Origin: a virus
Taxonomy: Duplodnaviria > Caudoviricetes
IMG/VR virus record: IMGVR_UViG_3300033061_000469
Location: 6,590 to 70,589 of that record
Length of the DNA: 64,000 bases
Reading direction: 5' to 3' (one strand)
The position numbers and the translations under genes were made by a program. Each line of letters begins with the position of its first letter. Within the stretch, counting starts at the first letter, position 1. The notes under the pieces are model-generated. The model had not been told where the DNA came from, searched no databases, and saw only the letters and a list, made by a program, of their open reading frames with translations. This document shows positions 17,021-26,800 of the stretch, one piece after another.

Positions 17021-18220
17021 CTAGTTTATGCGGTTTTCTCCTGAAAGAACTGCTAAATCTCTGCGTGGATCATACTCAGAACCAACTACTAATGAAACAA
17101 TACCTGTTGGGGACTCTAATCCAGATTTATCTCTGAACCATGCGCTTCCGCCATCCATAGCAGGAACTTGTAGCCATAAACGTGGACCAATTTGATTTGC
17201 GCGGAAGTGATGAAAGTGTCCAGTAATTAAAACATCAGCGGAACCTACTGCAGTTCTACCTGTTGCTTGACCGTGTAACCATTTACCCATATCTTTGGCT
17301 TGATGTCCATGCGCTAAACCTAAAGTAGTTCCACCTAAGTCAAGGGCTAATGTTTGATTGTCTGGTTTTGGATACATAAACTTAACGTGTAATAACGCAG
17401 GATTTTCTGCGCAAGCATCTTGAACAGCAGAGGCTACTTCAATTTGCCATGAGTCAATTGGATCTGTCATAAGCATTCTGTGTGTGTCATCGTGGTTTCC
17501 TGGCACTACTGGAATTATTAATTCTTTACACAGTGGGGCAAATGCTTTAATCCAAGCCATAAGAACACGACGGCCTATTCGTACTTGTTGAGTTACCCCA
17601 AGGTCACTTCGACCTAATACTTTGCCATTCTGGCTAGTGCTACCTTCAATACAATCTCCTAGTTGTGGTAGGACAACAGTTCCTATAGGCCTACCAGATT
17701 TAAGTAGTTCTTTATGCCGCTCTACTGCTGCGTTTAGACCATCAAGGACTCTTCGTACAGTTTCTTCTGTGCCTCCACCAGCATCTTTTCCATACTGTGT
17801 ATCACCAATAGCATAGATAGCGTATAGCGGACCAGTAATAGTAGAAGACTTTGGCTTAAAAGAATTAATTTCTTTAACAAGGGCGTCATAGTCTGTGTCT
17901 TGCCCTGCTATGCGTCCTATAGGTTTTACATTTACTTTTGCTGCCTCTAACCATTCGCCGTCATATCTTTGCCAACGGCTTTTACGAATACTTATTACAG
18001 CCCAAGCGTTTGGATCTAAATCAAAATCTTTAAATAATTCTACCGCGTCTGGTAATTCGCCAGCGACTCTAGGTGTTGAAATAAAATAACCACCATCAGG
18101 GCCTACATCTAATCGCGCCCTATATTCTGGTGGTGTATTTGTTTTTTTAATCTCTGACTCAATGCCATTTAGTTCTGCATTAATGAGTGCCTTTTTAAGT
18201 ATGTTTAATGGGTCTGACAT
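17021..18220 (-). CDS. calcineurin-like metallophosphoesterase (Mre11/PolD-small-subunit-like)
   Basis: GDTQ, LGDCIEG, VPGNHD, AHGH and GHFHH motifs. Confidence 0.88.
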   Translation of the reverse strand: MSDPLNILKKALINAELNGIESEIKKTNTPPEYRARLDVGPDGGYFISTPRVAGELPDAVELFKDFDLDPNAWAVISIRKSRWQRYDGEWLEAAKVNVKPIGRIAGQDTDYDALVKEINSFKPKSSTITGPLYAIYAIGDTQYGKDAGGGTEETVRRVLDGLNAAVERHKELLKSGRPIGTVVLPQLGDCIEGSTSQNGKVLGRSDLGVTQQVRIGRRVLMAWIKAFAPLCKELIIPVVPGNHDDTHRMLMTDPIDSWQIEVASAVQDACAENPALLHVKFMYPKPDNQTLALDLGGTTLGLAHGHQAKDMGKWLHGQATGRTAVGSADVLITGHFHHFRANQIGPRLWLQVPAMDGGSAWFRDKSGLESPTGIVSLVVGSEYDPRRDLAVLSGENRIN

Positions 18221-18441
18221 GCGCAATAGCCTCTCAAATGGGATCTAAATGCAGTTAGTTTAAACGGCAGTGGTGCTTCATTGCTTAATTCAGCATATAA
18301 TTTAGCAATTACTACTGTTTTACTATTTTCTTTTATTGCAGTAAATGCGTCTTGTGTTTTTTTATCTAATGAGTCTATCCATAGACCAGTTTTACACGCA
18401 CTACTAGTACCAGCTAAGTACTTGTTTAATATATCAATCAT
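18205..18441 (-). CDS. small hypothetical protein (HTH-like), coupled to the phosphoesterase
   Basis: SD AAGGAG before ATG at 18441. C...W...HLRG.C.C pattern. Confidence 0.7.
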   Translation of the reverse strand: MIDILNKYLAGTSSACKTGLWIDSLDKKTQDAFTAIKENSKTVVIAKLYAELSNEAPLPFKLTAFRSHLRGYCACQTH

Positions 18442-18507
18442 GTTCTCTCCTTGTCGCATCGTGATGAGACGGCGATAAGACTAGCACACTTTTATAACGT
18501 TTGAGCA

Positions 18508-18536
18508 AATAAAAAACCCCGCCATTTCTGACGGGG
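18508..18536 (-). terminator. rho-independent terminator
   Basis: CCCCGTCA-GAAA-TGGCGGGG followed by TTTTTTATT on the minus strand. Confidence 0.85.
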
Positions 18537-18553
18537 CAATTTTTATTTAATTG

Positions 18554-18868
18554 TTACTCAGCCATACCTGCGCTGAAATTAGGACGAGAGCGGTTAACAG
18601 ACGCAGGAATAATGCGACCGTTACCTTGAGTTGCGCCAGCTTCTGGTGCCTCTGTCTTTTGAAACTTAACTTTAACTCCATAACGAGCTCCGCCAGTTGC
18701 CTTTACTTTTGTGCGTGATGGTTTAGCCATCTTAGTTGGGTCGCCAGCTTGAGCGCCCTTCTTTTTCATAAGTTTAGTGTTTTTTGACGGCTCTGCGGAT
18801 GCATTCTTAAATCCACGGGCAGCGCTTGTTTCCATTGTAGGAAATTTACTCTTTGATGTTTCTGACAT
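18554..18868 (-). CDS. Lys-rich hypothetical protein
   Basis: 104 aa, SD AAGGA. Confidence 0.75.
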   Translation of the reverse strand: MSETSKSKFPTMETSAARGFKNASAEPSKNTKLMKKKGAQAGDPTKMAKPSRTKVKATGGARYGVKVKFQKTEAPEAGATQGNGRIIPASVNRSRPNFSAGMAE

Positions 18869-18929
18869 AGTTTTTCCTTTGGCCTAAGGGTTTTAATAAC
18901 TGTACAATAGTATTTAAATAAATACAGGG

Positions 18930-19226
18930 TTAATTTGCAATAACAGAAAATACTATTGCACTAATGGTTCCATCATGGCTTTCAATACTTGCAAAACCAG
19001 GAACACAGACTAGATCTAGGCCTCTTGGTGCTGTATAGCCTCTAGCTATTGCAATAGCCTTTACAGCTTGATTTACGGCTCCTGCGCCTACGGCACGTAC
19101 TTTACAATTTTTTGACTCATATATTGAGTGAGCAATAGCTGATGCTACTGCTTGTGGGTTTGACCCTGCGCTTACACGCAATACGTTTTCTTCTGTTTTA
19201 TCTGTCTTATCTATTTGCTCGGACAT
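18930..19226 (-). CDS. spoVS: stage V sporulation protein S family protein
   Basis: LRVSAGSNPQAVASAIA...RAVGAGAVNQAVKAIAIARG...P.F...ISAIVF matches the SpoVS signature. Confidence 0.92.
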   Translation of the reverse strand: MSEQIDKTDKTEENVLRVSAGSNPQAVASAIAHSIYESKNCKVRAVGAGAVNQAVKAIAIARGYTAPRGLDLVCVPGFASIESHDGTISAIVFSVIAN

Positions 19227-19276
19227 GTATACCTCGGTTTACGATTAGTGGATCCCCGTGGGGTAAATTATGACAA

Positions 19277-19492
19277 TTAAAGTAGTGTTGGTCTGTCTAA
19301 AGGAGTAGGAGCCTTAGCGTACGACCCGCAGGACGCGCACTCCATGTCTAAGAAATACGAGGATATCTCATAGTCGTCAAAAGAGGCCTTTACTAACCAT
19401 ACAAATGACCCACAGTCACAAAGATGTCTTATTTCATCCTCATGCGCCATAGTGCCTGTGTAATCAGGCTTGAGGGCCCGTATTGGATTCAC
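19277..19492 (-). CDS. Zn-ribbon protein
   Basis: CDCG...CASCG. Confidence 0.75.
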   Translation of the reverse strand: MNPIRALKPDYTGTMAHEDEIRHLCDCGSFVWLVKASFDDYEISSYFLDMECASCGSYAKAPTPLDRPTLL

Positions 19493-19706
19493 TCTTTAGC
19501 TTTTCGATAAGGGCTCTATTTTCTTTGATTTGCTCTTCTATTTTTTCTATTTCTTCTGGTGATAATTTATCTTTAGCGTTTTCATATATGCGTAAACCAG
19601 CCTCAAAGTTAGCCTCGAACACAGCAAGTTGTATAGCCCTGCGCTCTGCTACAAACTCTTTAGCCTCTGCAATTCGTTGTTCTTTCTTATCTTGTTTATT
19701 ACTCAT
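19464..19706 (-). CDS. coiled-coil hypothetical protein
   Basis: MSNKQDKK start overlaps the upstream TGA. Glu/Lys-rich helix. Confidence 0.7.
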   Translation of the reverse strand: MSNKQDKKEQRIAEAKEFVAERRAIQLAVFEANFEAGLRIYENAKDKLSPEEIEKIEEQIKENRALIEKLKSESNTGPQA

Positions 19707-19870
19707 TGACCGCCCCATCCTCCGCCTTTAAATTGAACTGCTGGTGGTGTATAAACTTTAATCATAAATTCTCCACACTTTTCGCAAGATGGACGATTAG
19801 TAGAATCAAACGCAAAATGCATTTCTACTGTGCTATCACAAGGCAAACATGTAAAATCATACTTAGGCAT
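19703..19870 (-). CDS. FmdB-family zinc-ribbon protein (55 aa, not in ORF track)
   Basis: MPKYDFTCLPC...CEKCG...VYTPPAVQFKGGGW is the typical FmdB pattern. Confidence 0.85.
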   Translation of the reverse strand: MPKYDFTCLPCDSTVEMHFAFDSTNRPSCEKCGEFMIKVYTPPAVQFKGGGWGGQ

Positions 19871-20427
19871 TACCGCTCCCTAAACTTTGGGTCTTTAACT
19901 TTTTGACATATCTCTTTTTCATAGGCAAGCTTACTATATCCAGAGGCTAATCTTGCCAATGCGTAAGAGTCTGCTGCGTTATCATCTGAGAACTCTACAC
20001 CCCACTTTTTATAAACGTGTAATACCATTTGACTCTTAGGGATACCTTGCCCTTTACCAGTTACATATTTTTTTAACGTAGTTGGTGGAATTATTAGTGG
20101 ATACTTTGCTATACCGTAAACAGAATTAAAAAATTCTAATTTAACCATACCACCTAATTCACCTAACATATTAGCCATTTGAGACCCAAAAGCGTAACCT
20201 TCTATAGCAGCGTCTTTAACTTCTAAAAAAGCTATATAGTCATGTAAAAATCTTTTTAAATCATTTAAACGCTCTACGCCCCTAAACTCGCTGCTCCTAA
20301 CAACGGTAAAATATTTATTTCCTGATAATAAAGTTATAGCAAACCCTGAATAAGATTGATCTACTCCAATAAAAACATGATCGGTAGTGTGCGGATCTAG
20401 ACCACCATCAAATATCTTAATGGGCAT
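19870..20427 (-). CDS. RuvC-like Holliday junction resolvase
   Basis: IGVDQSYSG, AIEGYAF, P.TLKKYVTGKG and DNAADSY acidic tetrad. Confidence 0.85.
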   Translation of the reverse strand: MPIKIFDGGLDPHTTDHVFIGVDQSYSGFAITLLSGNKYFTVVRSSEFRGVERLNDLKRFLHDYIAFLEVKDAAIEGYAFGSQMANMLGELGGMVKLEFFNSVYGIAKYPLIIPPTTLKKYVTGKGQGIPKSQMVLHVYKKWGVEFSDDNAADSYALARLASGYSKLAYEKEICQKVKDPKFRER

Positions 20428-20956
20428 ACGCCATCCTTGTTTTTATAAGGGCTTTAAGGTCCTCTAGGGTACCACCGTTTACAATTGTTTGATCTACTGG
20501 CGCATTAATTACATCTGTCTCTGATATGTGTGCGTTAGCTGGCCCTACTCCTGGGCGTTCTACTCTCCATAATCTACCGCCGTAAAAAGATAATTCTTGT
20601 GCTTCATTCTTAAACCTAACATCTGTTATTACATATCTTTCACCTGGAAGTACGTTATCAAACACGCCGTCTATCCATACGCGTGGACCTAAAAGTTTTC
20701 TGCCTGTTATACCAACGTCTTGTAACATCTTTCTAACCTCTGGGTAGCGTACCTTTACTGAGTCCCAACCGCTAGATCGTATAAGAAAGTTTAATTTAAA
20801 CCCATCGGAAAGAGTTGGGTTTACTGCTAATAATAATTCTCTGATATTGTCTGCAAATGCTAATCTTGTATAACCGTATTCATTTACAAGAACCTCTGCG
20901 ACACTATCTTTACCAGACTGGGCGTAACCAGATAAACCAATAATGTCGAAATTCAT
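20417..20956 (-). CDS. deoxynucleoside monophosphate kinase
   Basis: IGLSGYAQSGKDS, FAD..R, VITDVRF.NE and H.SET motifs. Confidence 0.92.
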   Translation of the reverse strand: MNFDIIGLSGYAQSGKDSVAEVLVNEYGYTRLAFADNIRELLLAVNPTLSDGFKLNFLIRSSGWDSVKVRYPEVRKMLQDVGITGRKLLGPRVWIDGVFDNVLPGERYVITDVRFKNEAQELSFYGGRLWRVERPGVGPANAHISETDVINAPVDQTIVNGGTLEDLKALIKTRMAYAH

Positions 20957-21432
20957 TAGAACCTTGCACGCAAAGCAGATGTACGACGAGTCAACTCACG
21001 GCTTGTCAATTGGTAGTTACGTTCTAAGTTTTCTAGTGCGGTATGTAATAGTTTTTTATACGCAGTGGCATACATTTTATCTTTACCAAGTTGTACTAAT
21101 TCATCATCTGTAAGCACGGCGGCCTTCAGCATTGTTGACTTTTCTGTAGACTTGCCAGAGGTCTTACTTAATAGTGCTTTAGCTTCTGCTATGTCATATT
21201 GATTTTGTACTTCTAATTCAGATATCTCAGCGCAGGCTACCTGTGTACGCATGAAGTTATAGTTCTCCATGTACTTGCTGGCTAGGATCATTAACTCTTG
21301 GTCATCAACCATTGTGATATCCCGAGGGAAAGACGGGATATCCATATCTAATGACCGAAGGACGGGCATACCTTGTCCTTCTAGTATCTTTATAATAGTT
21401 TCACTAAGACCGCTTGTAATTATGTTAGTCAT
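20956..21432 (-). CDS. helical protein, possible UvsY-like recombination mediator
   Basis: Start MTNIIT with SD AGGAG. All-helical, ends ELTRR, sits in the recombination cluster. Confidence 0.45.
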   Translation of the reverse strand: MTNIITSGLSETIIKILEGQGMPVLRSLDMDIPSFPRDITMVDDQELMILASKYMENYNFMRTQVACAEISELEVQNQYDIAEAKALLSKTSGKSTEKSTMLKAAVLTDDELVQLGKDKMYATAYKKLLHTALENLERNYQLTSRELTRRTSALRARF

Positions 21433-22267
21433 TATAACTCCTACATCTGTCGCATCCATTTGCTTGTATATTACACACTGGTGGTATCTTAGCCTTAACT
21501 GCTTCACAAATCATATTTGCTGCTTCGAACAGATGTTTAATGTCAAAGTCGCTCTTGTGGACTACAAACTCTTTAATCTTTTGATTAGATTTTGACTCAT
21601 AAATAATAACAGCCTCTTGAGGAACGTTAGGGTAACCAATTAATTCTGCTAGTTTCATATAGATCTGTACCTGAGTAATATGTTTCATAAATGGGCCGTC
21701 AATAGCATCCCATGTTTTATCAAAGTCATAGTTGTTATCCGCTAGTAACCCTGGCGCTTCATACCGTAGAGTTCCCACGCCAATAGATTTAATCTCAAGC
21801 ATTAGTGGCTCACCTAAGTCTAATAACCAACCGTCTGAGTGACCAAATATCTTTAATGGTTCATAGTACAAAGGAACTTCTCTGTATTCTAGAGGACCAT
21901 CATGGCATTCTGCGCCACCCCAAAACATCTCTCCACATTCTTGACAATACCATTTACCATAAAGTTTACCCATTTGTTGAAACCACTTTTGCCACTTTGC
22001 GTGGATGTAATGGCCTTCCTCAAATACAGAGAATAAGTTTAAAGACATCTTTCTATTTGAGACAGGTGTCTCACCTAGTAGATGAAAGTAAGATGCACGG
22101 TAACACCAATCTTTTCCTGCCATGTCTGATGGGTGTAGAACATCTGTTCGTCTATCTTTTTCTTTTGGTTTACTTAATAAGAACCGCTCTACTGAGCCAA
22201 TAACTCTAGTTTCTTTTTTAGCCACGTCTAAAAACTGTTTCATATTGCCTGATGGTTTGTACTTCAT
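21425..22267 (-). CDS. Cas4-like PD-(D/E)xK exonuclease
   Basis: HPS...CYR, GHSDG..LEIKS, QVQIY and C-terminal C..C..C Fe-S ligands. Confidence 0.85.
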   Translation of the reverse strand: MKYKPSGNMKQFLDVAKKETRVIGSVERFLLSKPKEKDRRTDVLHPSDMAGKDWCYRASYFHLLGETPVSNRKMSLNLFSVFEEGHYIHAKWQKWFQQMGKLYGKWYCQECGEMFWGGAECHDGPLEYREVPLYYEPLKIFGHSDGWLLDLGEPLMLEIKSIGVGTLRYEAPGLLADNNYDFDKTWDAIDGPFMKHITQVQIYMKLAELIGYPNVPQEAVIIYESKSNQKIKEFVVHKSDFDIKHLFEAANMICEAVKAKIPPVCNIQANGCDRCRSYND

Positions 22268-22279
22268 GAAGGTAACTTA

Positions 22280-22600
22280 TCATAAGTTTTTCATGTTAAT
22301 CCACTCTGAAAATGATATACCAGCGCGTGTTGCTTTACGTTTAAACGCACTACGCTCACGGTGACTCATGCCGCCCCATATTCCATGTTGTTCATCCATT
22401 TTATCTGCATACAATAAACATTCTTTACGCACTGGGCACTCAGGTAGCCCATCTTTTCCATAGCAAACCGCTTTAGATATTGCTGCTATATCTTTGTATT
22501 GCGTTTTATCTCTTGGTGGGTACCATAACTCTGTATCCATGCCGCGGCATTTAGCTTTGTAGCGCCAACCTTCTACGGCACTTGCATCGTCTTCGTACAA
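22280..22600 (-). CDS. whiB: WhiB family transcription factor
   Basis: C...C..CPV..EC and GIWGGMS..ER. TTG start with SD AGGAG. Confidence 0.95.
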   Translation of the reverse strand: MYEDDASAVEGWRYKAKCRGMDTELWYPPRDKTQYKDIAAISKAVCYGKDGLPECPVRKECLLYADKMDEQHGIWGGMSHRERSAFKRKATRAGISFSEWINMKNL

Positions 22601-22917
22601 TTACACTCCTGAAGATTTTGGCGAAGTTCCAAAAAATCATCTTCAGTTAACATTACATAATTTTCATTGTTAAGGCTGAAGCCGAGGACGGGTGTCCGAT
22701 TGTCAAGAATTGCTTCTTTAACAATCTTTTCTAAAACCGTCGCTTTGACGGTAAAAGAAGCTTTGCCAGTCCACTTGTGTTCTATTAACAAGTCTTTAGA
22801 TCTGACATCACCTTTGCGACCCCAAAAAGCTCCGCTTCCAGCGCTACGCTGTCCGCCAATCTTTTTAGCTAATCGCACCTCGTGCTTCTTAGACTCTTTT
22901 TGGCCCTTACTCTTCAT
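22573..22917 (-). CDS. PD-(D/E)xK Holliday-junction-resolvase-like nuclease
   Basis: E...A...SG...KGDV....IEHK motif. Confidence 0.75.
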   Translation of the reverse strand: MKSKGQKESKKHEVRLAKKIGGQRSAGSGAFWGRKGDVRSKDLLIEHKWTGKASFTVKATVLEKIVKEAILDNRTPVLGFSLNNENYVMLTEDDFLELRQNLQECNCTKTMQVP

Positions 22918-23959
22918 ACGCAAATTTAGATCCTGCTTTAATAGAATCTAATACGTCGCGTTCAAGGGCTTCTTTTAAGTCAATCTCTTCCCGTATTGAG
23001 ACAAGCATAGCATCTGAGCCTTGCCATTGTCTATCCGCATAACGGTAGTAGGCACCTGCCCTAATAATAACTTTGTTTAATATGCCAATAGATACAACTT
23101 CTTTAGCAAAATCAAACTCTCCAGCAGGTATATCTCCACCTGATGAAAAGTAAAAGTCTACTAATGCAGTTTGGGCTGGTGGGGCTGACTTATTCTTTAA
23201 GACACGAACCTTAATTGTCTGTCCTATGCGTCGTTTTTCTTGGCCAGTTCCTGCTTCAATCCATTCATCTCTACGAACTTCCATTCGAGTAAAAAAAGCA
23301 TAATCTTTTCCTAATCCACCTGGAGTTGTTCTTGGGTCTCCATACATAACACCAATCTTTGATCTCCATTGATTAATAATAAGACCAATAAATGGACGCT
23401 CTGTATCTATTAATGACCTCTTAGATGCTTTGCCAACCTTGCGAAAGAATTTATTAGTTAGTAAGGCGCTACGGCCTACTGTTGATTCTTCCATTTCTTT
23501 ATCATCTTCCGATGAAGGAACCAAGGCAGGGAGAGAATCAAGGATAATACAATCAATCGCTTTACTTTCTGTAATCTTGATGACGGCTTCATAAGCCTCC
23601 TCCATAATGTTTGTAGATATCACGTAAACTCTAGACGGGTCTACTCCACACATTTCAGCGTATCCAGGAACCCATTGTTCTGCTGCTACCCATACTGTTG
23701 TAAAGTTTGGATCGCGTTTTTGATTAGCAGAAATTGTTTTAAGAGCTAATGCAGTTTTACCATTACTAGCCTCACCAATAATTTCATGCCATTGATTAAC
23801 AGGCCAACCGCCACCTAATGCAATATCAATGGCAATAGAACCTGTAGTTATTCTAGCCATAACATCATCTCTGATGTCTGAGCCTAATACAATTGTATCA
23901 TCGCCCATCTTTTTATTTATTGCACTAAATACCTTTGCTAGTTCGCCTGTTATTGCCAT
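22907..23959 (-). CDS. recA: RecA/UvsX recombinase
   Basis: TTGS..D.ALGGG.P, GEASNGKT, LDSLPAL, INQWR.KIG.MYGDP.TTPGG. Confidence 0.95.
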   Translation of the reverse strand: MAITGELAKVFSAINKKMGDDTIVLGSDIRDDVMARITTGSIAIDIALGGGWPVNQWHEIIGEASNGKTALALKTISANQKRDPNFTTVWVAAEQWVPGYAEMCGVDPSRVYVISTNIMEEAYEAVIKITESKAIDCIILDSLPALVPSSEDDKEMEESTVGRSALLTNKFFRKVGKASKRSLIDTERPFIGLIINQWRSKIGVMYGDPRTTPGGLGKDYAFFTRMEVRRDEWIEAGTGQEKRRIGQTIKVRVLKNKSAPPAQTALVDFYFSSGGDIPAGEFDFAKEVVSIGILNKVIIRAGAYYRYADRQWQGSDAMLVSIREEIDLKEALERDVLDSIKAGSKFAYEE

Positions 23960-24312
23960 TAAATATGTCCAATGATTGTTTGTGGGTTAAAGTTGTTTTG
24001 TGTGTTTATTTGTTTTGCTGGCTCAACTGGGCCAGAAGCAGTATTTGGGTTTCTGATACCTGGGGTACCAGTCCCAGATTGTTGAATAGGATAACCACAG
24101 TCATAGCATCGTGGCCTAGATTCCATAGAACCTACATAATTTACGCTACTACAATTAGGGCAACGTGGCGTAAAGGCTACGGCTTGTTGACTAGGTGCGT
24201 ACAAAGGTTGTTGTTGCATAGGTTGTTGCATAGGTTGTTGTACATATTGCTGTACAGGTTGTTGTTTAGGGGTAGGTACTCCCATTTTTTTAGACCACCA
24301 GTCATTGCTCAT
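23959..24312 (-). CDS. Gln/Pro-rich Zn-ribbon protein
   Basis: QQPM repeats followed by CPNC...CYDC. Confidence 0.75.
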   Translation of the reverse strand: MSNDWWSKKMGVPTPKQQPVQQYVQQPMQQPMQQQPLYAPSQQAVAFTPRCPNCSSVNYVGSMESRPRCYDCGYPIQQSGTGTPGIRNPNTASGPVEPAKQINTQNNFNPQTIIGHI

Positions 24313-24775
24313 CTAAGTCCTCCATAGGTCTCATGTCAGATGTTATACCATTTGGTAAAATTATGCCAAGATCAACCGCAGATGAAAAAGCACCAATTAA
24401 AGTAGATACAGCAAGCGTTTTATAAACTTTTTGCATAATAATTAAATCTTGTTCCGTTGCGTCCTCAGACTCTTTAATTTGAATAGCGGCTAACACATTA
24501 GAACTTATATCCGCCATTGCGTCTAAAAATGGCATTAAAAACTCTATAGACTCTAATCTTAAATCGCTATCTTCTCTTTCTTTAGCGTCGCCTTCTTCAC
24601 TAATTGGGCTTAATCCAATTAATTCAGCAGCAGCGTTTTCTTCGTACAAAGAAGTATCGTATAAATACCACCTAACCAGTGTAGTTAATGGAATGTCTTC
24701 TATGCTAGAAGAAAAATTAACTGTTTCAAATATGTCTTCTGAGTTTCTATTAAAAAATTTATCAAACCAACTCAT
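24302..24775 (-). CDS. hypothetical protein
   Basis: 157 aa acidic, ATGA overlap. Confidence 0.75.
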   Translation of the reverse strand: MSWFDKFFNRNSEDIFETVNFSSSIEDIPLTTLVRWYLYDTSLYEENAAAELIGLSPISEEGDAKEREDSDLRLESIEFLMPFLDAMADISSNVLAAIQIKESEDATEQDLIIMQKVYKTLAVSTLIGAFSSAVDLGIILPNGITSDMRPMEDLDEQ

Positions 24776-26739
24776 TTTGCTTCACCCCACCGCTGTACTA
24801 CAGTTATATCTGCGATTAAAGGTAGGTCTATTAAATGTATATCTTCCATTGCGCTACGAATAGCGTCTCGGGTTTTATCTACTAAATTATCTGGCGTCAA
24901 AGTAACTAGTTCATCATGCACCGTAAGAATTAATTTAGCTTCTTTTGGAATCATGCTGTGCGCCCTGACCATTGCTGTTTTAATAATGTCAGCAGCAGAA
25001 CCTTGTATACGGGTGTTAAAAGCTTGACGCTCAGAACCAGATCTAAACGCTGTATTCCTTGAGTTAATATCTGGTAAGTACCGTTTACGATTTAATATAG
25101 TAGTTACATAACCTTTGTTCCGCGCCACGCCAATAACTAATGAACGATATTTGTTTACTGATGCAAACTTTTCTGAGAAATCATTTAATAATTGTTTAGA
25201 TTCTTGCAAGGTGCAACCGATTTGTCTTGCTATTTTATCTGGCCCTACTCCATAAGCCATAGCTAATACTAATACCTTACCTGCCTTGCGGTCTACTCCC
25301 ATAGTTTTTCCTACAGTTGTATAGATGTCTTCACCGTTTAGATAGTTGTTCATCATAATAGGATCTTTAGACATAGAAGCAATAATACGAGGCTCTATCT
25401 GACTATAGTCCGCAACAATTAATTTATACCCCTCTGGGGCAACAAATAAATTACGAATTGCTCTGCCATGTTCTGTGTGTGGAGCAGGAACATTTTGTAA
25501 GTTGGGATTACGACTAGAAAATCTACCAGTTTCGGCTCCCCATTGAATAAAATCACCGTATAGTTTACCGTTAACAAGCATACTTTCTTTATCTTCAATT
25601 TTTGATTTTCCATTAGTAGTTTTTACTATTTCTCCACCAAGGTAAGGAATTACATAAGTTCCTAATAATTTATTTAAATCAGCATATTTAAGCAAAGCGT
25701 CTATTAATTCATCTTTTTCTTTAAATTCTTCAAGGGTATCGGCAGCAACTGAATAATCTTTGTAAGTAATTTGATCTGGTTCTTTTTTAGACCCTTTGCC
25801 AGTTAATATTTTTGGCTTTAAGCCTCGGCATCCTTCTTCTAAGGGGCCGTAAAGAACATATTGTTTTTCAGCGTTTGAATTAATGTTAAACACACGTCCA
25901 GCAATTTTATAAATATCTGACCTAGCTTGTTCAATTTCTATAGTCAATTTCTCATAAAGTATTTGTAATTGATTAGTGTCTATGAAAGCCCCTTCTAATT
26001 TCATATAACAAAGAACTTTTAGTACATCCATCTCTAATACCATAACTTTTTCAACGTTAGCTGCTTTAATTTTTTCAATTAAAATCTTCCATAATAAAAA
26101 CGTGTACTTAGCGTCTAGATAAGAATACTTAGCAACATCGCTAAAGGCGTAGATCTCAACCATATGACCAATACCTTTTTCCATGCTATACCCAAGCTCA
26201 CGCCCTAAACAATCATCAAGGCCAAGCTTGCCTTTATTTTTATTATCATAAAGGAAAGAAGCCATTAAAGTATCAAAATAAGGTCCTTCTGGGATTTTAT
26301 TTCCGTAATATTTTGCTACAGAACTAAGATCAAATGCTAAATTGTGGCCAATAGTTAAAATTGTTTTATTAAATAGTAAAGGCTCAAGTGTTTTAAATAC
26401 CTCTGCTGGAAATAGTTGTTCAGGTGCTGGGCCAAACACTTTAATTGCTTTCTTTTTACTCCTTGAATAATCTAATGTTCTAGGTGGTAATCCAGCCTCA
26501 GCACGTTTTTCTCCTTGGCCTGTTAAAGGAAAAGACTCTGAAACAAATTCACCATGGGGGTGTCCCATAGGTATTACATCTCCACGGCCGTGTGTAGCAA
26601 AACTAATCCAAAGAACCTCATTAACCGCGGGTATTACTCTTTTATTTCCTACAGTCTCTACGTCAAATGAAAAAGCGTCTTGTTTTAAATAATAAGCAAC
26701 CATCTCTGTTAATTGCTGCTTAGTAGTAATAATATTCAA
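24772..26739 (-). CDS. polA: family A DNA polymerase (3'-5' exonuclease + polymerase), Leu762 type
   Basis: FDVET, TGRFSS.NPNLQN, DYSQIEPR, R...K.LVL..AYG, NT.IQGSAAD and VHDEL. TTG start. Confidence 0.97.
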   Translation of the reverse strand: MNIITTKQQLTEMVAYYLKQDAFSFDVETVGNKRVIPAVNEVLWISFATHGRGDVIPMGHPHGEFVSESFPLTGQGEKRAEAGLPPRTLDYSRSKKKAIKVFGPAPEQLFPAEVFKTLEPLLFNKTILTIGHNLAFDLSSVAKYYGNKIPEGPYFDTLMASFLYDNKNKGKLGLDDCLGRELGYSMEKGIGHMVEIYAFSDVAKYSYLDAKYTFLLWKILIEKIKAANVEKVMVLEMDVLKVLCYMKLEGAFIDTNQLQILYEKLTIEIEQARSDIYKIAGRVFNINSNAEKQYVLYGPLEEGCRGLKPKILTGKGSKKEPDQITYKDYSVAADTLEEFKEKDELIDALLKYADLNKLLGTYVIPYLGGEIVKTTNGKSKIEDKESMLVNGKLYGDFIQWGAETGRFSSRNPNLQNVPAPHTEHGRAIRNLFVAPEGYKLIVADYSQIEPRIIASMSKDPIMMNNYLNGEDIYTTVGKTMGVDRKAGKVLVLAMAYGVGPDKIARQIGCTLQESKQLLNDFSEKFASVNKYRSLVIGVARNKGYVTTILNRKRYLPDINSRNTAFRSGSERQAFNTRIQGSAADIIKTAMVRAHSMIPKEAKLILTVHDELVTLTPDNLVDKTRDAIRSAMEDIHLIDLPLIADITVVQRWGEAK

Positions 26740-26757
26740 ATTAAATCCCCTTAAAAC

Positions 26758-26800
26758 GCTGAAAGGTTAAGCACAAGGGGGTAGTGTTTAACCTTTCAGC
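26758..26800 (-). promoter_or_regulatory. long hairpin between SSB and DNA polymerase genes
   Basis: Perfect 13 bp arm GCTGAAAGGTTAA/TTAACCTTTCAGC plus 3-4 bp, with a 9-nt loop. Confidence 0.7.

Noticed and set aside
21425-22267. Cas4-like gene as evidence of a CRISPR system
   Set aside because: It is a solo Cas4-like nuclease in a recombination cluster. No repeat-spacer array or other cas genes were seen.
26758-26800. Classical H-type pseudoknot over the polA SD
   Set aside because: A 5-nt linker cannot span a 13-17 bp stem. Retained only as a hairpin of uncertain role.
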